From Eledone cirrhosa (lineage: Eukaryota), in the NCBI GenBank assembly GCA_964016885.1, contig OZ024759.1, positions 21,824,001 through 21,888,000 of the forward strand: a DNA stretch of 64,000 bases. The letters run 5' to 3'. Below are positions 1-13,653 of the stretch, one piece after another. The stretch's first letter is position 1. Each line of letters opens with the position of its first letter. Made by a program: the position numbers and the translations under genes. The notes beneath the pieces are model-generated. The model did not search any database and was not told the DNA's origin. It was given only the letters and a program-made list of their open reading frames with translations.

Positions 1-165
1 TCAACACTGACACAGGAACGATGTACTAGTTTCAAGCTTGTTAGCTATCATCAGCACCGTATACCCTTCTGCCAGATAGTTGAACGTTCGAAATTTACAT
101 ACTTACATTTAAGTAAGTGCCGTACTAAGAGTGAGAAATGAAATTTCGTTTTCATTTTATTTCAA

Positions 166-168
<3 letters not shown>
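1..168. mobile_element. Rearranged, partly inverted, diverged copy of the 463-bp array monomer
   Basis: 1-93 is the reverse complement of the monomer's ribozyme segment. ~98-165 (catacttacatttaagtaagtgccgtactaagagtgagaaatgaaatttcgttttcatttt) matches the monomer in forward orientation. Followed by (TA)n. Confidence 0.8.
18..60 (-). ncRNA. Minimal type I hammerhead ribozyme motif, same family as the 463-bp array unit
   Basis: Reverse complement reads ACGGTG-CTGATGA-TAGCTAACAAGCTT-GAAA-CTAG-TA-CATCGT, identical to the core in the array monomer. Confidence 0.75.
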
Positions 169-227
<59 letters not shown>

Positions 228-1171
228 CTGTGTGTGTGCGTATTTTATTGCAGTTTAACTAATATACCTTCCTGCGAATCGTCTCCACCCACGCCAATTT
301 GTTACATTTTTCTCCAAACTTTAGCTGCAAACATCAGACTTTAAAATAACTAATCACTATTTTACAGATATTTTTAGAAAAATATCTTGCGGTGATTTTT
401 AAATATATTTTTAGATATATATGTGTGTGCCCGTGTGTGTGCGTGTGTTGTGTGTGTGTGTATGAATACATACATATAAATGTGTGTGTGCGTGTGCGCG
501 TGTGTATTGTTTTTTTTTGGGGGGGGGGGGTCAGAACTTGGTGACTGTATATCATTAAGAATATGTTTTAATTTAGAAGTCAAACTGAACCATATTTATT
601 TTTATCAAATCTTACATTGTACTTGGTGAATACTGCTACGTATATATATATATATATATCATCAATGATAGGAAGTGAATGTAAATCGGTGCAGAACAAA
701 TATAGCAAAGTATATCGCTAAGATACTATATAGGGATTTCACTTTCCTCCTCCTTTCACTCCGACGAATATTGGTGAAGAACAAGCACAAGCATACACAC
801 ACATACACATACCCTCCTTATTTACACACACACACACACACACATAAATATATATATATATACTTATATATTAAAAAAAATATATACTTATATATATATA
901 TATTTATATATATACACATACACACCCTCCCTATTTACACTAACTCATGCTTACGCACGTGCTCAAGTATACCTCTTTTTACAAAACGGTTTTTTTTACC
1001 TTTTTAGGTAGACGTCGCCATCATCCACTTTTCTAAAAAAACAAATCATACACTAAACGCCAGCACCAACAATTTTGCAAGAGATGTCATCATGAATGGA
1101 CCTGTTATTTTTATCTAAAGACATTTTTCCAATTCCCGCCCGTTTCCTCAATCTATTTTATTTCTCATTGT

Positions 1172-1208
1172 TTCTTCTGATAAAGGACTAGCGTCCGAAA
1201 CGTTAAGT
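1172..1208 (+). ncRNA. Degenerate Penelope-type hammerhead motif
   Basis: ctt-CTGATAA-aggactagcgtcc-GAAA-cg-TT-aag. The core has a G>A change, so probably inactive. Same family as the minus-strand motifs at 25195 and 56141. Confidence 0.5.
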
Positions 1209-1314
1209 ACCCTTTTCCTGCTATATCAAGCGTTAACCTAATATATACCTTCCATATACTGTACCGATTGTGTTGTTATTTCTGTTTACCTTTTACATAC
1301 ATATATATATATAT

Positions 1315-1678
<364 letters not shown>

Positions 1679-1749
1679 TATATACACACACACAGACACA
1701 TATATATACAAATATATATATACATATATATACAAATATATATATACAT

Positions 1750-1809
<60 letters not shown>

Positions 1810-2521
1810 CTGTTTCTATCTCTGTTTATCTATCTATCTATCTTCGAAAACTTACACACCAGGAGCACTTACTACTCCCCTCCCCCACATACACACCACA
1901 CACATACACAGCACACACACCACACATATATACATAGAAATCTAATGTGAAAGTATTGTTTCAGTGATTCCAGTGATTCCCCTAACAGATATCAATGGCG
2001 GAGTATTAATACGTGATGCGAAATATCTGTATATCATTATATATCGAGAGATATACATATTAACTTTCTGTCTGGTGGCATGTATGTGGAGATATACGTA
2101 TTAACTTTGGAAATTCGTTAATAGATAACATTACTACCGCAAAGTCTATATATGTACTAGACGTGTGTGTGTGTGGGTGTGCGTGTGTGTGTTTGTGTGT
2201 GTGTGTGCGTGTATGTGCGTGTGTGTATATATATATATTTTATGTATATGTATATATATATATATATATATATACATACATATATACGAGTGCTCCAATC
2301 TGCATACTGAGGTGTCGATAAACAACCAACATACTCAAAATATATATATATACATACATATGTATATATATAAATATATATACATACATATATATATACA
2401 TATATTATTTATATATATATATATATACATATATACATTTAAATATATTTGTATATATATATATATATTTACATACATATGTATTTATATATATACGCGC
2501 GTGTGGGTGTGTGTATATATG

Positions 2522-2584
<63 letters not shown>

Positions 2585-2658
2585 ATATGTGTATACATAT
2601 ATATATATATATACGCGTGTGTGTGTGTATATATGTCTATATATATATATATGGGTAT

Positions 2659-2693
<35 letters not shown>

Positions 2694-2964
2694 ATATGTG
2701 TGTGTGTGTGTGCATTGATATCGTATGCACGTCAGGATATTAGTGGCTGGTGATGTTCAGAAATCTGGTAGGATTTTAGAAAAATGATAGAGATGATAAA
2801 TCCTAAAGAATATATATATAAGAAACAAAATACAAATGACAACAATATAGATAGAATGTTGTGTGTTATATTACAGTGTGGGAGAGAGGTGAGAGTGAAG
2901 GTGGAGATATGTGGCTTAGTGCTTTGCTGGTTATGGTATTCGAATGCCTCCACCTCTTCTTCCG

Positions 2965-3044
<80 letters not shown>

Positions 3045-3068
3045 TGCTGCTGCTATTAAGACTACTAC

Positions 3069-3072
<4 letters not shown>
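2965..3072. repeat. (CTA)n trinucleotide microsatellite followed by (TA)n
   Basis: Direct reading. Explains the poly-L/T/Y ORFs. Confidence 0.95.
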
Positions 3073-3162
<90 letters not shown>

Positions 3163-3374
3163 CAGGTGGAGCACAGGACAAAGAACAGTTCCGACTCCCC
3201 AGTCAACCTCTGAATATCACTACGGTTTCGGTTCTCGGTACATTAAGGTCGATGCCATTAATTCTAGTACACATTGGGACACAGCAAAACAAGTAGAGAC
3301 AAAAGCAGGACAAGTTATACCTTTTGAGCGAATTATACAAATATAAATCATGGTCAAGATGGTCAAGCCGTTTA

Positions 3375-3532
3375 GAAGAAGAAGAAGAAGAAGAAGGAGT
3401 GTAATAATTCATTAGAATGAGATTATCTAAAAGAGATCAATATTTTTTTGGTAAATCAAGGTCTCTATAATTGGTTATTCCAAGAAGATCAATGAAGTCA
3501 CTCGCAGAACAACTAGTTTTGGTTTTTATGAA
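3375..3532 (+). repeat. Dispersed repeat preceded by (GAA)n; second copy ends at ~52490
   Basis: tcaaggtctctataattggttattccaag...gatcaatgaagtcactcgcagaacaactagttttggtttttatgaa is shared with ~52370-52490, which also follows a (GAA)n/(AAC)n tract. Confidence 0.7.
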
Positions 3533-3627
3533 AAGATGTTTCTTTGTTTAAAAAGTCAAAGAAAACGAAAGTGAGAAAATAAGAAAAAAATGCAGTAAAA
3601 TGAATGAGAGAGAGAGAGAGGGTGTAC

Positions 3628-4320
3628 CGGTGCGTGGCTTAGTGGTTATAGTTTTTGGCTAACGACAGTAAGGTTGTGAGTTCAATTCCTGGTGGTGCGT
3701 TCTGTCCTTGAGCAAGTCTCTTTATTATTGTTGTCATCATCATTGTCCTTCCGACGTCGGTAAAATAAAGTACCAGTAACGCACTGAGGTTGATTTAATC
3801 AACTTTCCCCTATCTCAAAAATTGTTGTCCGTTATTATTATTCATTTACGGCCCTTTACATTCTGCTTTCAAATAGCATCGAGGTTAAATTTGCTTTTCA
3901 TATTTCCGAGGTTTGATAAAATAAAGTACCAGCGGAGGCGCGTGGCCTAGTGGTAAAGAGGGTTGGTAAAGTGGTAAAGTTCGATTCCTGGCTGGGGTGC
4001 GTGTTGTGTTCTTGAGCAAAACACTTCATTTCACGTTGCTCCAGTATACTCAGCTGTAAATGAGTACCAGCAATACTTGGGGGTTTAAACCCTGCGATGG
4101 ACTGGCGCCCTGTTCAGGGGAAGTCTTGTACTCTCACTCATTTCACGCCATGAAACCGGGATAAGCACCGGCCAAATGAACCTTCTGGCTTAAGACAGGC
4201 TTTAGATTTAGATGTAGTACTGGGGTCGATATAATCAACATTCTTCCACCAACCACCCCACCCTCATTACCGCCACCTGCCCCACAAATTGCTGACCTTG
4301 TGCCTATATTAGACATGGTT
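3628..4320 (+). mobile_element. Cluster of tRNA-derived SINEs, including a nested insertion at 3933-~4214
   Basis: A-box/B-box-like heads (gcgtggcttagtggtta...gagttcaattcc) and the gataaaataaagtaccag core. A second SINE type interrupts ...aagtaccag|...|tagtactggggtcgat. Confidence 0.8.
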
Positions 4321-4520
4321 GTTTCTATTGCAGGGTTTTCTAAGAAAGAAAGTTACATCTACACTACGTAATGAAGAATCTATTTTGTTGAAGCAAAGTA
4401 TAATTCCATTTACAGGAAACAGCTTTTAGACCCATTCTCTCTTATATATACATATATATCAGGACCGAACACAAAAGGATCAAACTCCCACTGTCACTGT
4501 CTCTGTCTCTCCCGCTCCCC

Positions 4521-4728
4521 TCATCTCTCATTATTGTGAGAAAATGGGGGCCCACGCACTGACCGCCGAGCAGCCCCGGCGAACAGAATAGAGAAGCCCT
4601 TACCCCGGAGAATGGTGAGGGAGACGCGCTGGAATAGCCATTCCAGCTCGCGAAGCTCACACCTGCGGGTAGCTAACTTTGGCTTCGATGGTGGTGAGAA
4701 GGGAGGTGGCCCTAGGGCCAGGGAAACC

Positions 4729-4732
<4 letters not shown>
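4521..4732 (-). mobile_element. 3' end of a CRE-like (restriction-like endonuclease) non-LTR retrotransposon, frameshifted
   Basis: Joining two frames gives GPRATSLLTTIEAK/LATRRCELRELEWLFQRVSLTILRGKGFSIL, resembling the CRE-clade C-terminal motif GP.A..F...L...FQRLS.A.QRGNA.SI. GC-rich island abutting (GA)n. Confidence 0.65.
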
Positions 4733-4801
<69 letters not shown>

Positions 4802-5009
4802 AAGAAAGAGAGAGAGAAACAAAGAAGGAATAAGAGTGTATGTTGTTTCTTTTGTCTAGAAACCACCAAAGCATGGCAAAACGTATAAAGTGTCTTTAAC
4901 TAAACAGCTTCTTTGTTTGAGGCAAACATTAAGATTAACGATAGAGGAATAAGGTGGAAATAGGGGGAAGAGGGTACTAACATAATGTTCTGTAGTATAT
5001 ATATATATG

Positions 5010-5124
<115 letters not shown>

Positions 5125-5133
5125 GTATGCATG

Positions 5134-5176
<43 letters not shown>

Positions 5177-5215
5177 ATGTATATGTATATATATATATAT
5201 ATATATAAATATATA

Positions 5216-5348
5216 TAGAAGTGGTTACACAACAGTTAGTTCACCAGTTTCTCGGTATGGTGAACTAACTGTTGTGTAACCACTTCTACCTAACTCGTCC
5301 CTTGGACTGAGTGCTACGGATATTACCTTCCAGTGTTCTACCACTATA
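5216..5348. mobile_element. Foldback + tail element (31-bp perfect arms, 11-nt loop)
   Basis: tagaagtggttacacaacagttagttcacca at 5216-5246 and its reverse complement at 5258-5288. The tail recurs inverted at ~25452-25504. Confidence 0.75.
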
Positions 5349-5349
5349 A

Positions 5350-5382
<33 letters not shown>

Positions 5383-5871
5383 CGTGTGTGTGTGTGTGTA
5401 TGTATGTATTAGGGTTGTATAAGTATTTTCCCGCCAATTCTTTCTTTGTGAGGAGACCCAGCAGAATAAGACGGAGCAGACGACATGTATATGTGAGTGG
5501 TGCGTTAGATGACGTCTGCTGTGGCATTGAGGAGGGGGGCTCACAATGGTAGAATGTAGGAATGTTCGTTCAACTGCTGCTGATGTGAAAATGTGGGCCA
5601 CCATTTGTGTGTGTGTCTATGTGTGTAAGTGTGTATGTGTGTGTCGAATTACTATAGTAACAAGGGAATAGGAGAAAGGTGGAGGGTGTGTAAACATAAC
5701 ATGCTAACATGCTATTACATCATGGAGCCTATGTGTATATAATATATATATATGTGTGTGTGTGTATATATATATATGTATATACTATGTATGTATGTAT
5801 ATATATACTATATATATATGTATATACTATGTATGTATATATATACTATATATATGTATATATATACTATA

Positions 5872-5985
<114 letters not shown>

Positions 5986-6391
5986 GAGAGAGACTAAAGA
6001 CGTAAGACGTTTTCAAGTGTTTTTCGTAAGTGCCTATAGATAGGAACGCCCGATTACACGCATCCATGAGTGTTTTCGCACATTGAGGCAGTGCAGTTTC
6101 TGGTTCAAATAGTGTGTTGGAGGGAGGCTGGGGAGGAGGAGAGGGGGGAATTCTGCATAGAATGGTATTTAAATAGATGTTAAAATAGAAGCAGGCACTC
6201 CCACAATCCCACCTGAGCTGAAATTGCAGATTTTTAGATTTGTAATTCTGCAGAATTGGCCTTAGGTTTCATCAACAGCAATGTAATATTGTTTCTTGAA
6301 GCACAGAAAATACGGAAAGTCTTTGTAAGCTATAAGCCTTTCCTGATGATACATACGTACATACTACTTTGAATTCTTTTCTTCTGAATGA

Positions 6392-6510
6392 CAGAACGCC
6401 AGAACGCCAGAACGCTAGAACGCTAGAACCTCAGAACGTCAGAACGGCAGAACGCCAGAACCTCAGAACGTCAGAACGGCAGAACGTTAGAATGTGAGAA
6501 TATCAGAATA
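6392..6510 (+). repeat. 9-bp tandem repeat (cagaacgcc variants)
   Basis: About 13 degenerate copies read directly. Confidence 0.85.
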
Positions 6511-6788
6511 TAATAAGACGAAATCTGTGTGGTTACAATAAAACAATAAAATATCGGTGTTTGCTGTTCAATTATCGATCTATTGAGCGTGTGTCACAGT
6601 GATGTTGACGGATGTGCTAATACTCTATAAACTGTACAGAAGAGATCAAAGGCATAGAAATCGATCAAAAACAGACAAGTTCGATGTACAACCAAAGTTT
6701 GGATGGCAAATATGAAAAATGGTTGGAAGTAAAAGAAATTAAAGTGTTAGGTTGAAAATATATAATCAATCTCTCTCCACATACACAC

Positions 6789-6869
<81 letters not shown>

Positions 6870-7013
6870 CCTATATATATATATATATATACACACACAC
6901 ATATATATGCACATACACGCACATATATATATATATATACATACAAATATATATGCATATAAATATATATAATCAATATGTATATATATAATCAATATAT
7001 ATGTATATATACA

Positions 7014-7092
<79 letters not shown>

Positions 7093-7237
7093 TCACACAA
7101 ATGTTTGTTTATTTATTTACCTTCTCACTGTCAAAATAAATTAAATACCAATTATGAACTGTTAACGAAATAATCTTTTCACAGTAGTTTCAGCTAATAT
7201 ATACACGTACATATATTGATATATGTATATATGTATT

Positions 7238-7302
<65 letters not shown>

Positions 7303-7312
7303 GCACACACAC

Positions 7313-7400
<88 letters not shown>

Positions 7401-7510
7401 CTATGTATGTATATATATACATATATATATATATATGTGTATATATATATATATACATTTAATATATTTAAAGGTTAAACAAGGTTCAATGAATAAATCA
7501 GGCATCATCT

Positions 7511-7576
7511 CATTTTACCTGATGAGGACGTACTGTTGAAGATAGCTCAGTACCTCTGAAATATGTATAATAAAAT
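7511..7576 (+). ncRNA. Hammerhead-like motif with extended stem II
   Basis: CTGATGA-gg-acgtactg...cagtac-ctct-GAAA-tatg-TA. Stem I is weak or degenerate. Confidence 0.45.
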
Positions 7577-8519
7577 ATACTTGATCACACGAATGTCTAT
7601 TTTTGTTAATATTTTGAATTAATATACATTTAATATATGTATTTGACTATACATATATATATTTGATATATGTATTTGTATATATATATAATATATATAT
7701 GTGTGTGTGTGTGTACATTATACATATAGAACGCTGCTTTAAGCTCCAACATGTGTGTGGTATCGTAGTCTTAACTAAACAAGAATCGGACAAAGAGAGA
7801 GTGATAATGTGGGGAGAGGGGGGGAGGGGGAGAGGGGACAGACAGACACATAGACAGACTGTATAAAGCGCGTGTGAGACAGAATAGGTAATGCTACTAA
7901 CTTCTTTATATCTAGGACACATGATATGTGTATATATATTTTCTCATCTCCAGCTCTCATCTTCCAACTCCCAGCTTCCAACGTTCCTTCTCCACCTTGC
8001 AATAATACAATAACGGCGAATTCTTCAGGAGATACATTCTTGGAACCTAAATTCAGAAGTCTGGTTTATTTTCAGTTCTCATATCTCCTGCTCGTTTCCC
8101 CCTGTCTCCTTTCTCTCTCTCTATATATATATATATATCTCACTCTCTCTCTCTCTCTTTCTCTCTCTCTCTGCATGCCTCTGTCTCTCTCACTCTTCTT
8201 ATCAGATACTTTTGAAATCCAGGTCATATTATATATTCCTCCTTCGTCAAAGTAATGACTGAGGGTGGGGTGTGGGAAACAGCTCTTAGTTTCTGGAATC
8301 AAAATACCGTTTCCCACGTGGATTGTTAAATGTTAAAGAAATATTAATTGCTTAATTAATTAATTTAGTTTGAAATTCCTTTACATATCGATAGAGTTGT
8401 TTTATATTTCACTTGCTTTAACCTTCTCATACCGAACTGCCTAAAACTTCGCTTAATTTTAAGACAGGAAAAAAAAAAAACGTTTGTTTTAAAGTGTTTA
8501 TATGTATCTAAAAACATTC

Positions 8520-8830
8520 CATAGGCGGTTAGAGCGTCGGATAGAATGCTTTACTGTATTCGTTCCGGCTTTCTGCTCTCGGAGTTCAAATCCCACCGTG
8601 GTCAACTTGGCCTTCCCTCGTTTCGAGGTCGATAAAAGAAGTACTATTCTAGTATTGGAGTCGTTTCTTCCTCTATATCTCTTTCTCATTTCTTCTCTCT
8701 CACTTTTTATCTTTCTCTGGAAGAGATCTGCTGTACTCAGACCTGGAGAGAGGTGGGCTCCGCCAGGCTTAAAATGACCAGGAAACGGCGACCCCTACGA
8801 TTCTATCGGGAGTTACGGGACCATACAAAA
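8520..8830 (+). mobile_element. tRNA-derived SINE with extended 3' tail
   Basis: ggcggttagagcgtcggatagaatgc...gagttcaaatccc...gaggtcgataaaagaagtac. The same family occurs on the minus strand at ~23990-24320 and ~62720-63005. Confidence 0.75.
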
Positions 8831-9760
8831 AGAAGAAAAAACATGCTACCATAAGTTATGTTCGAAACAGCAACTTAATAAAGAGAAAGTTACTAAATTC
8901 TTCAAATTTTTTTTTTCATTTTCAAAATTATTTTAAATTCATAGATAGTGTCTTTCATTAGAAATGTAGTTATGAAAGAGTTAAAGTGTTTATATTTATC
9001 TAAAACCTTCCACAATAATTCTATGTAAGAACCTTTATGTTACAAACACTAACTTAATACTAAAAAAGTTAGTTTTATTACTAAATCCTTCCAAATTCTT
9101 CGTTATTTTCTAAATTATTTGAAGATCAGAGACAGTGTCTTTTATAATAAATATGGTCACAGAAGGGTTACAATGTTTATATATATTAAAAGAAACCTTC
9201 CATCATAATTATATGTAGGAACATTTATTAAATTAAATTCAAAACACCAGCTTGATAATGATGATGTTAGTTATATTGTTAAATACCTCCAAAATCTCGA
9301 TTATTCTAAATCAAAGGCAGAGTTTTCCAATTGATAGATGGCAATGAGAATGTTTACGCGATTCATATGTTGTTGTTGTGGTTGTTAAACAGTTTCTTCT
9401 TTTGATTCAATAATAAAATTAATATAGGAAATTAAGTAATGCTATCTATCACCTTGCTACACTTTGTGTCGTTGTTGTTATTGTTATGACGATGATGATG
9501 ATGATGATGTGATGATGATGTTGTTGCTATGATGATGATGATGGTGATGATGTTGATGGTGATGATGGCAATGATGATGATGGTGATGATGTTGATTTAA
9601 TTAGATTTCCATGTAAAATATTTCTATTTGGCGTCCTTAGTAGTTAAGTTCGCGTCAAAACAGAAGTGATTTTATTTTCATCTAACTTTAAATAGATGTC
9701 AACTAACAACATTTTATTGAGAAAGCCAAAATAAATGACGTCTTCATGACTATATACAGG

Positions 9761-9866
<106 letters not shown>

Positions 9867-9995
9867 CATATATACATATATACATACATATATACATGTA
9901 TATATGCATACATATATATATATATATATATACAAACATGTTTCTACACACACATACATATATATGTATACACATATACATAGATGTTTCTACAT

Positions 9996-10048
<53 letters not shown>

Positions 10049-10663
10049 TACATATATATGAAGCTTGCAAGAGCCGTATTAATAATATCACCACTAGCTA
10101 GCTACATACTCCTTACTTATACTTATTATTCTTATTATATATTATATATTTAGGCTATAACGCTAGACGGTATGTATGTATCCAACACAAACTACTGAAA
10201 TATTTCTAATGTAAAGCATATGTTCACTATTACCTACTTTACTTACTGCTCTTTGTGTTTTAGCAACACACATTTACTATAACCCACTTCGTTCATGGGT
10301 TACACTTGTCCTTCTTTACCCCCTGTCTACCTCTATACTGGCACCAAATACTTCATACAATCCCCCTTTTTTTTTTCTCTCTACATCCATACAACGTTCA
10401 TTTTTTTCATTTCTGTCCTTCTTTATATATTTATTTTGTTAAGTTCTTGCGACATTATTTTCCTGCCTCCTTCACTGTCTCTCTCTCTCTCTCTCTCTCA
10501 CTCTCTCTCTATCTCTCCCTCTCCCCCTCTCTCTCTCTCTCTCTCTCTCTCTCGATACTTTCATCTGCCTGTGTAGTCCCCTGAAGGTTCCAAATCTGTA
10601 ATTTAATGGTTTTTGTTCTGTAAATGAACTGAATTGACACCCACGCTATTAAGGCTGGGATGC

Positions 10664-10732
<69 letters not shown>

Positions 10733-10738
<6 letters not shown>

Positions 10739-10866
10739 ATAGCCGTCGAAACGGCTTGAGCTCTGCCGTCGGGGTCATACATTTTCCTATTACCCACTCT
10801 ACTACCCTAAGTATTGAGTACTCTGGTGCGTTACGGTCCATCTGGTTCCTTACCACATCTCATTCG

Positions 10867-10870
<4 letters not shown>
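10733..10870 (+). mobile_element. Short TA-embedded element, non-foldback member of the 46732/47636 family
   Basis: gtcgaaacggc...cctattacccactctactaccctaagtattgagtactctggtgcgtta is shared with 46732-46931, 47636-47864 and 61133-61252 (-). Confidence 0.75.
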
Positions 10871-10925
<55 letters not shown>

Positions 10926-11294
10926 TGCATATATATATAGATATATATAAATAGATAGATATACATGCATATATATATACATACACACACGTGTGTGTGT
11001 GTGTGTACGTGTGTGTATATATATATATATGTGTATGTATAGATATATGGAATTTATCGTCATACAAGTAAACGTTTTAGTATTAATCAACAACTACAAG
11101 GTCAGCACTAATGTAAATATCCTTCCCTTTCTTTCAACATGGGTGATATACAGTCCGCATTGACTGGCGGTCAAACTGGTGCAGCGGTAAATATAATATA
11201 TACTGGCCTTTTTTCATTCTTCATCTTACTGGTGACATATATTGCAGAATTGCCTTAAACATGAAACAGAGCAACTGGGGAATGTGTAAGATTA

Positions 11295-11742
11295 AAGCTA
11301 CGACGACTGGCAACTGACTTAGTAAACACCCACAAAATTATTAACCATCTTTCCAACAACAACCCTGAGCACCTTTTTGAATTCGATTTGTCTAACACCC
11401 GTGGACATGCTTACAAAATCAGAAAACAGCATAGCTCCCATGATTCTCGGAGAGAATTCTTTACGCTCAGAGTTGTTGAAGCATGGAACAAACTACCTGC
11501 ATCAGTTGTTAGCTGTCAGGACACTGCATCTTTCAAAAGCTCCATGCCTCCTGAAATTCGCCAACACTACACCTGATATTCCCCCTTCATACACACGCAC
11601 GCATGTGTGTATCTGTATGTATTATGATACATACACTGTTCACTTTCCTGACATTTGTACATTATTCTATGAACCTTTTATGCACCTTTTATGAGTTGAG
11701 TACACCTGAGCACTGTACAAAATAATTTTCATTATTATTATA
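11295..11742 (+). mobile_element. 5'-truncated CR1-type LINE 3' end
   Basis: Translates RRLATDLVNTHKII...NTRGHAYKIRKQH...RREFFTLRVVEAWNKLPASVV...SFK, the typical CR1 ORF2 C-terminus (TRGH, FF..RVV..WN.LP). Followed by a 3' UTR and an (ATT)n tail. Confidence 0.85.
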
Positions 11743-11879
11743 AGGTTGAATCTTAGTTATTAAAGAAGGAATATTATGAGTTATGCCTTACCTAGGGCTA
11801 TATCTGGCTAGGATTATTTTTGGAAAGCCGCTACAGTGTAAGTTAGCAAACTAAGTCTAAAGACTGTCTTAAAACATTT

Positions 11880-12115
11880 AAGGCTCGTTAGCCCGGTGCT
11901 TATCTCGGTTCCATAGCGTGAAGCGACTGAGAGTGCGTGACTACCTCCTGGACAGGGCGCCAGTCCATCGCGCAAGGGTTAAACCCTCAGTAATTGCTGG
12001 TACTCATTTTCAACTGAGTATACTGGAGCAACGTGAAATGAAGTGTTTTGCTGAAGAACCCACGTCATTGTGATCGTATGTCCAACGCCCTTACCACTAG
12101 GCCGCGCACCTCCAC
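11880..12115 (-). mobile_element. tRNA-derived SINE (second family, as at 3933-4214)
   Basis: Reverse complement of the 3933 SINE. Further copies at ~12845-13110 and ~39710-39925. Confidence 0.8.
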
Positions 12116-13481
12116 AAGTTAGCAATACAGGAGTGAAACCTAGAGTAGAGTAAGCAACAAAAGCCAGTAGAATGTTAGATAGAAATGTAATAGTGAAAAC
12201 CTGAGTCAGACAAGGAAGCCGAAAGAATATAAGGAAGTATTATAGGCGTGAACACTAGAAGACTATCAAAACAAAGTAACTTATTTTGTTTGTCTCTAGT
12301 TTTCACTCCTGCATCTATTTCGAACTTGCATTATATCACAGACTCCCCTCCCCCCAAACTATCTTAATCACATATTTTACAATGTTTCAAATAAAATCTA
12401 CCAACATGAGAGAAGACATCTTGAAGCTGGTTATAAAAATCTACCAACCATAAAAAAGATCTTCCAGTATATGGATGCTACGAAAATATTCAACTACAGA
12501 CACATTACCAACCTGTGTGTATGTGTGTGTGTGTGTTAGAGAGGGGGGGGGGCATTTTAAAGTTGGTCTTCAAAGTGAGAACAAACACTATCAAGATCAG
12601 AGGAGCAATATATTGTCAAAGATCTACCAACCTTAAACAAGATCTTCCAGTACACGGAGGCTTCAAAATATTCAACTACAGAAAGCTTTAGCTGCTTTAA
12701 AGCTGTCCTTGTTTCCTTATTTATGATTATTTTTACCTCGTGTTTTCCTTCCCTATCACTTGTATTTGTTTCTTAAGTAATATTAGATAGCTCTCTTGGA
12801 CTGCCATGACATACTAGCTCTGTCTAAAGTCTCTCTTGAGCCCGGGGGCTCATCAAGCTGGTGTTTATCCCAGTTTCCGTGGCATTAAGTGACTGAGAGT
12901 ACAAGACTCTCCCTGGACAGGACACCAGTCTATTATAAGGTTAAACTCCCTGTTATTGCTGCTAGTCATTTTCAGCTGAGTATACTGGAGCAATGTGAAA
13001 TGAAGTGTTTTGCTCAAGAGCACAAAACACGACCCATTCCAGGAATCGAAACCATGACATTATAATCCTTGGTCCAACATCCTTACTTCTTGACCAGCGA
13101 CCTCCTTACCGGTTATATACGTACGTTTGAATTGATTAAATGAATAAACACAAACTGATACTGCCTAGGAAGATGTTTGTATCAGATCTATCTATAGTGT
13201 CAGTAATACATTGATGGGAGCCGAACGATTACATACATCACAGTATAGAGACACCCCACTAAGCTGTGTTAGTGAAGCTTCACTGAGGCTATGTCGGTAT
13301 CAAATGGAAGGGCCAGATCATAGATACTAGAAACTCTCTTAATAATTTTGAGTGCTTCACAAACATCAATGAAGCCAAAACATTCCTACTTTGATATCAG
13401 AACTGGCTCAGTGTGACCACCATTTCAAGATCGTTATTGAGTTAGATAATAAGAAATATTGCAGAACATTTAAACTTCCAA

Positions 13482-13562
<81 letters not shown>

Positions 13563-13569
13563 TATATAC

Positions 13570-13604
<35 letters not shown>

Positions 13605-13605
13605 C

Positions 13606-13653
<48 letters not shown>

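Noticed and set aside
4540-4730. Structured ncRNA gene suggested by high GC content
   Set aside because: Better explained as the coding 3' end of a CRE-like retrotransposon on the minus strand.
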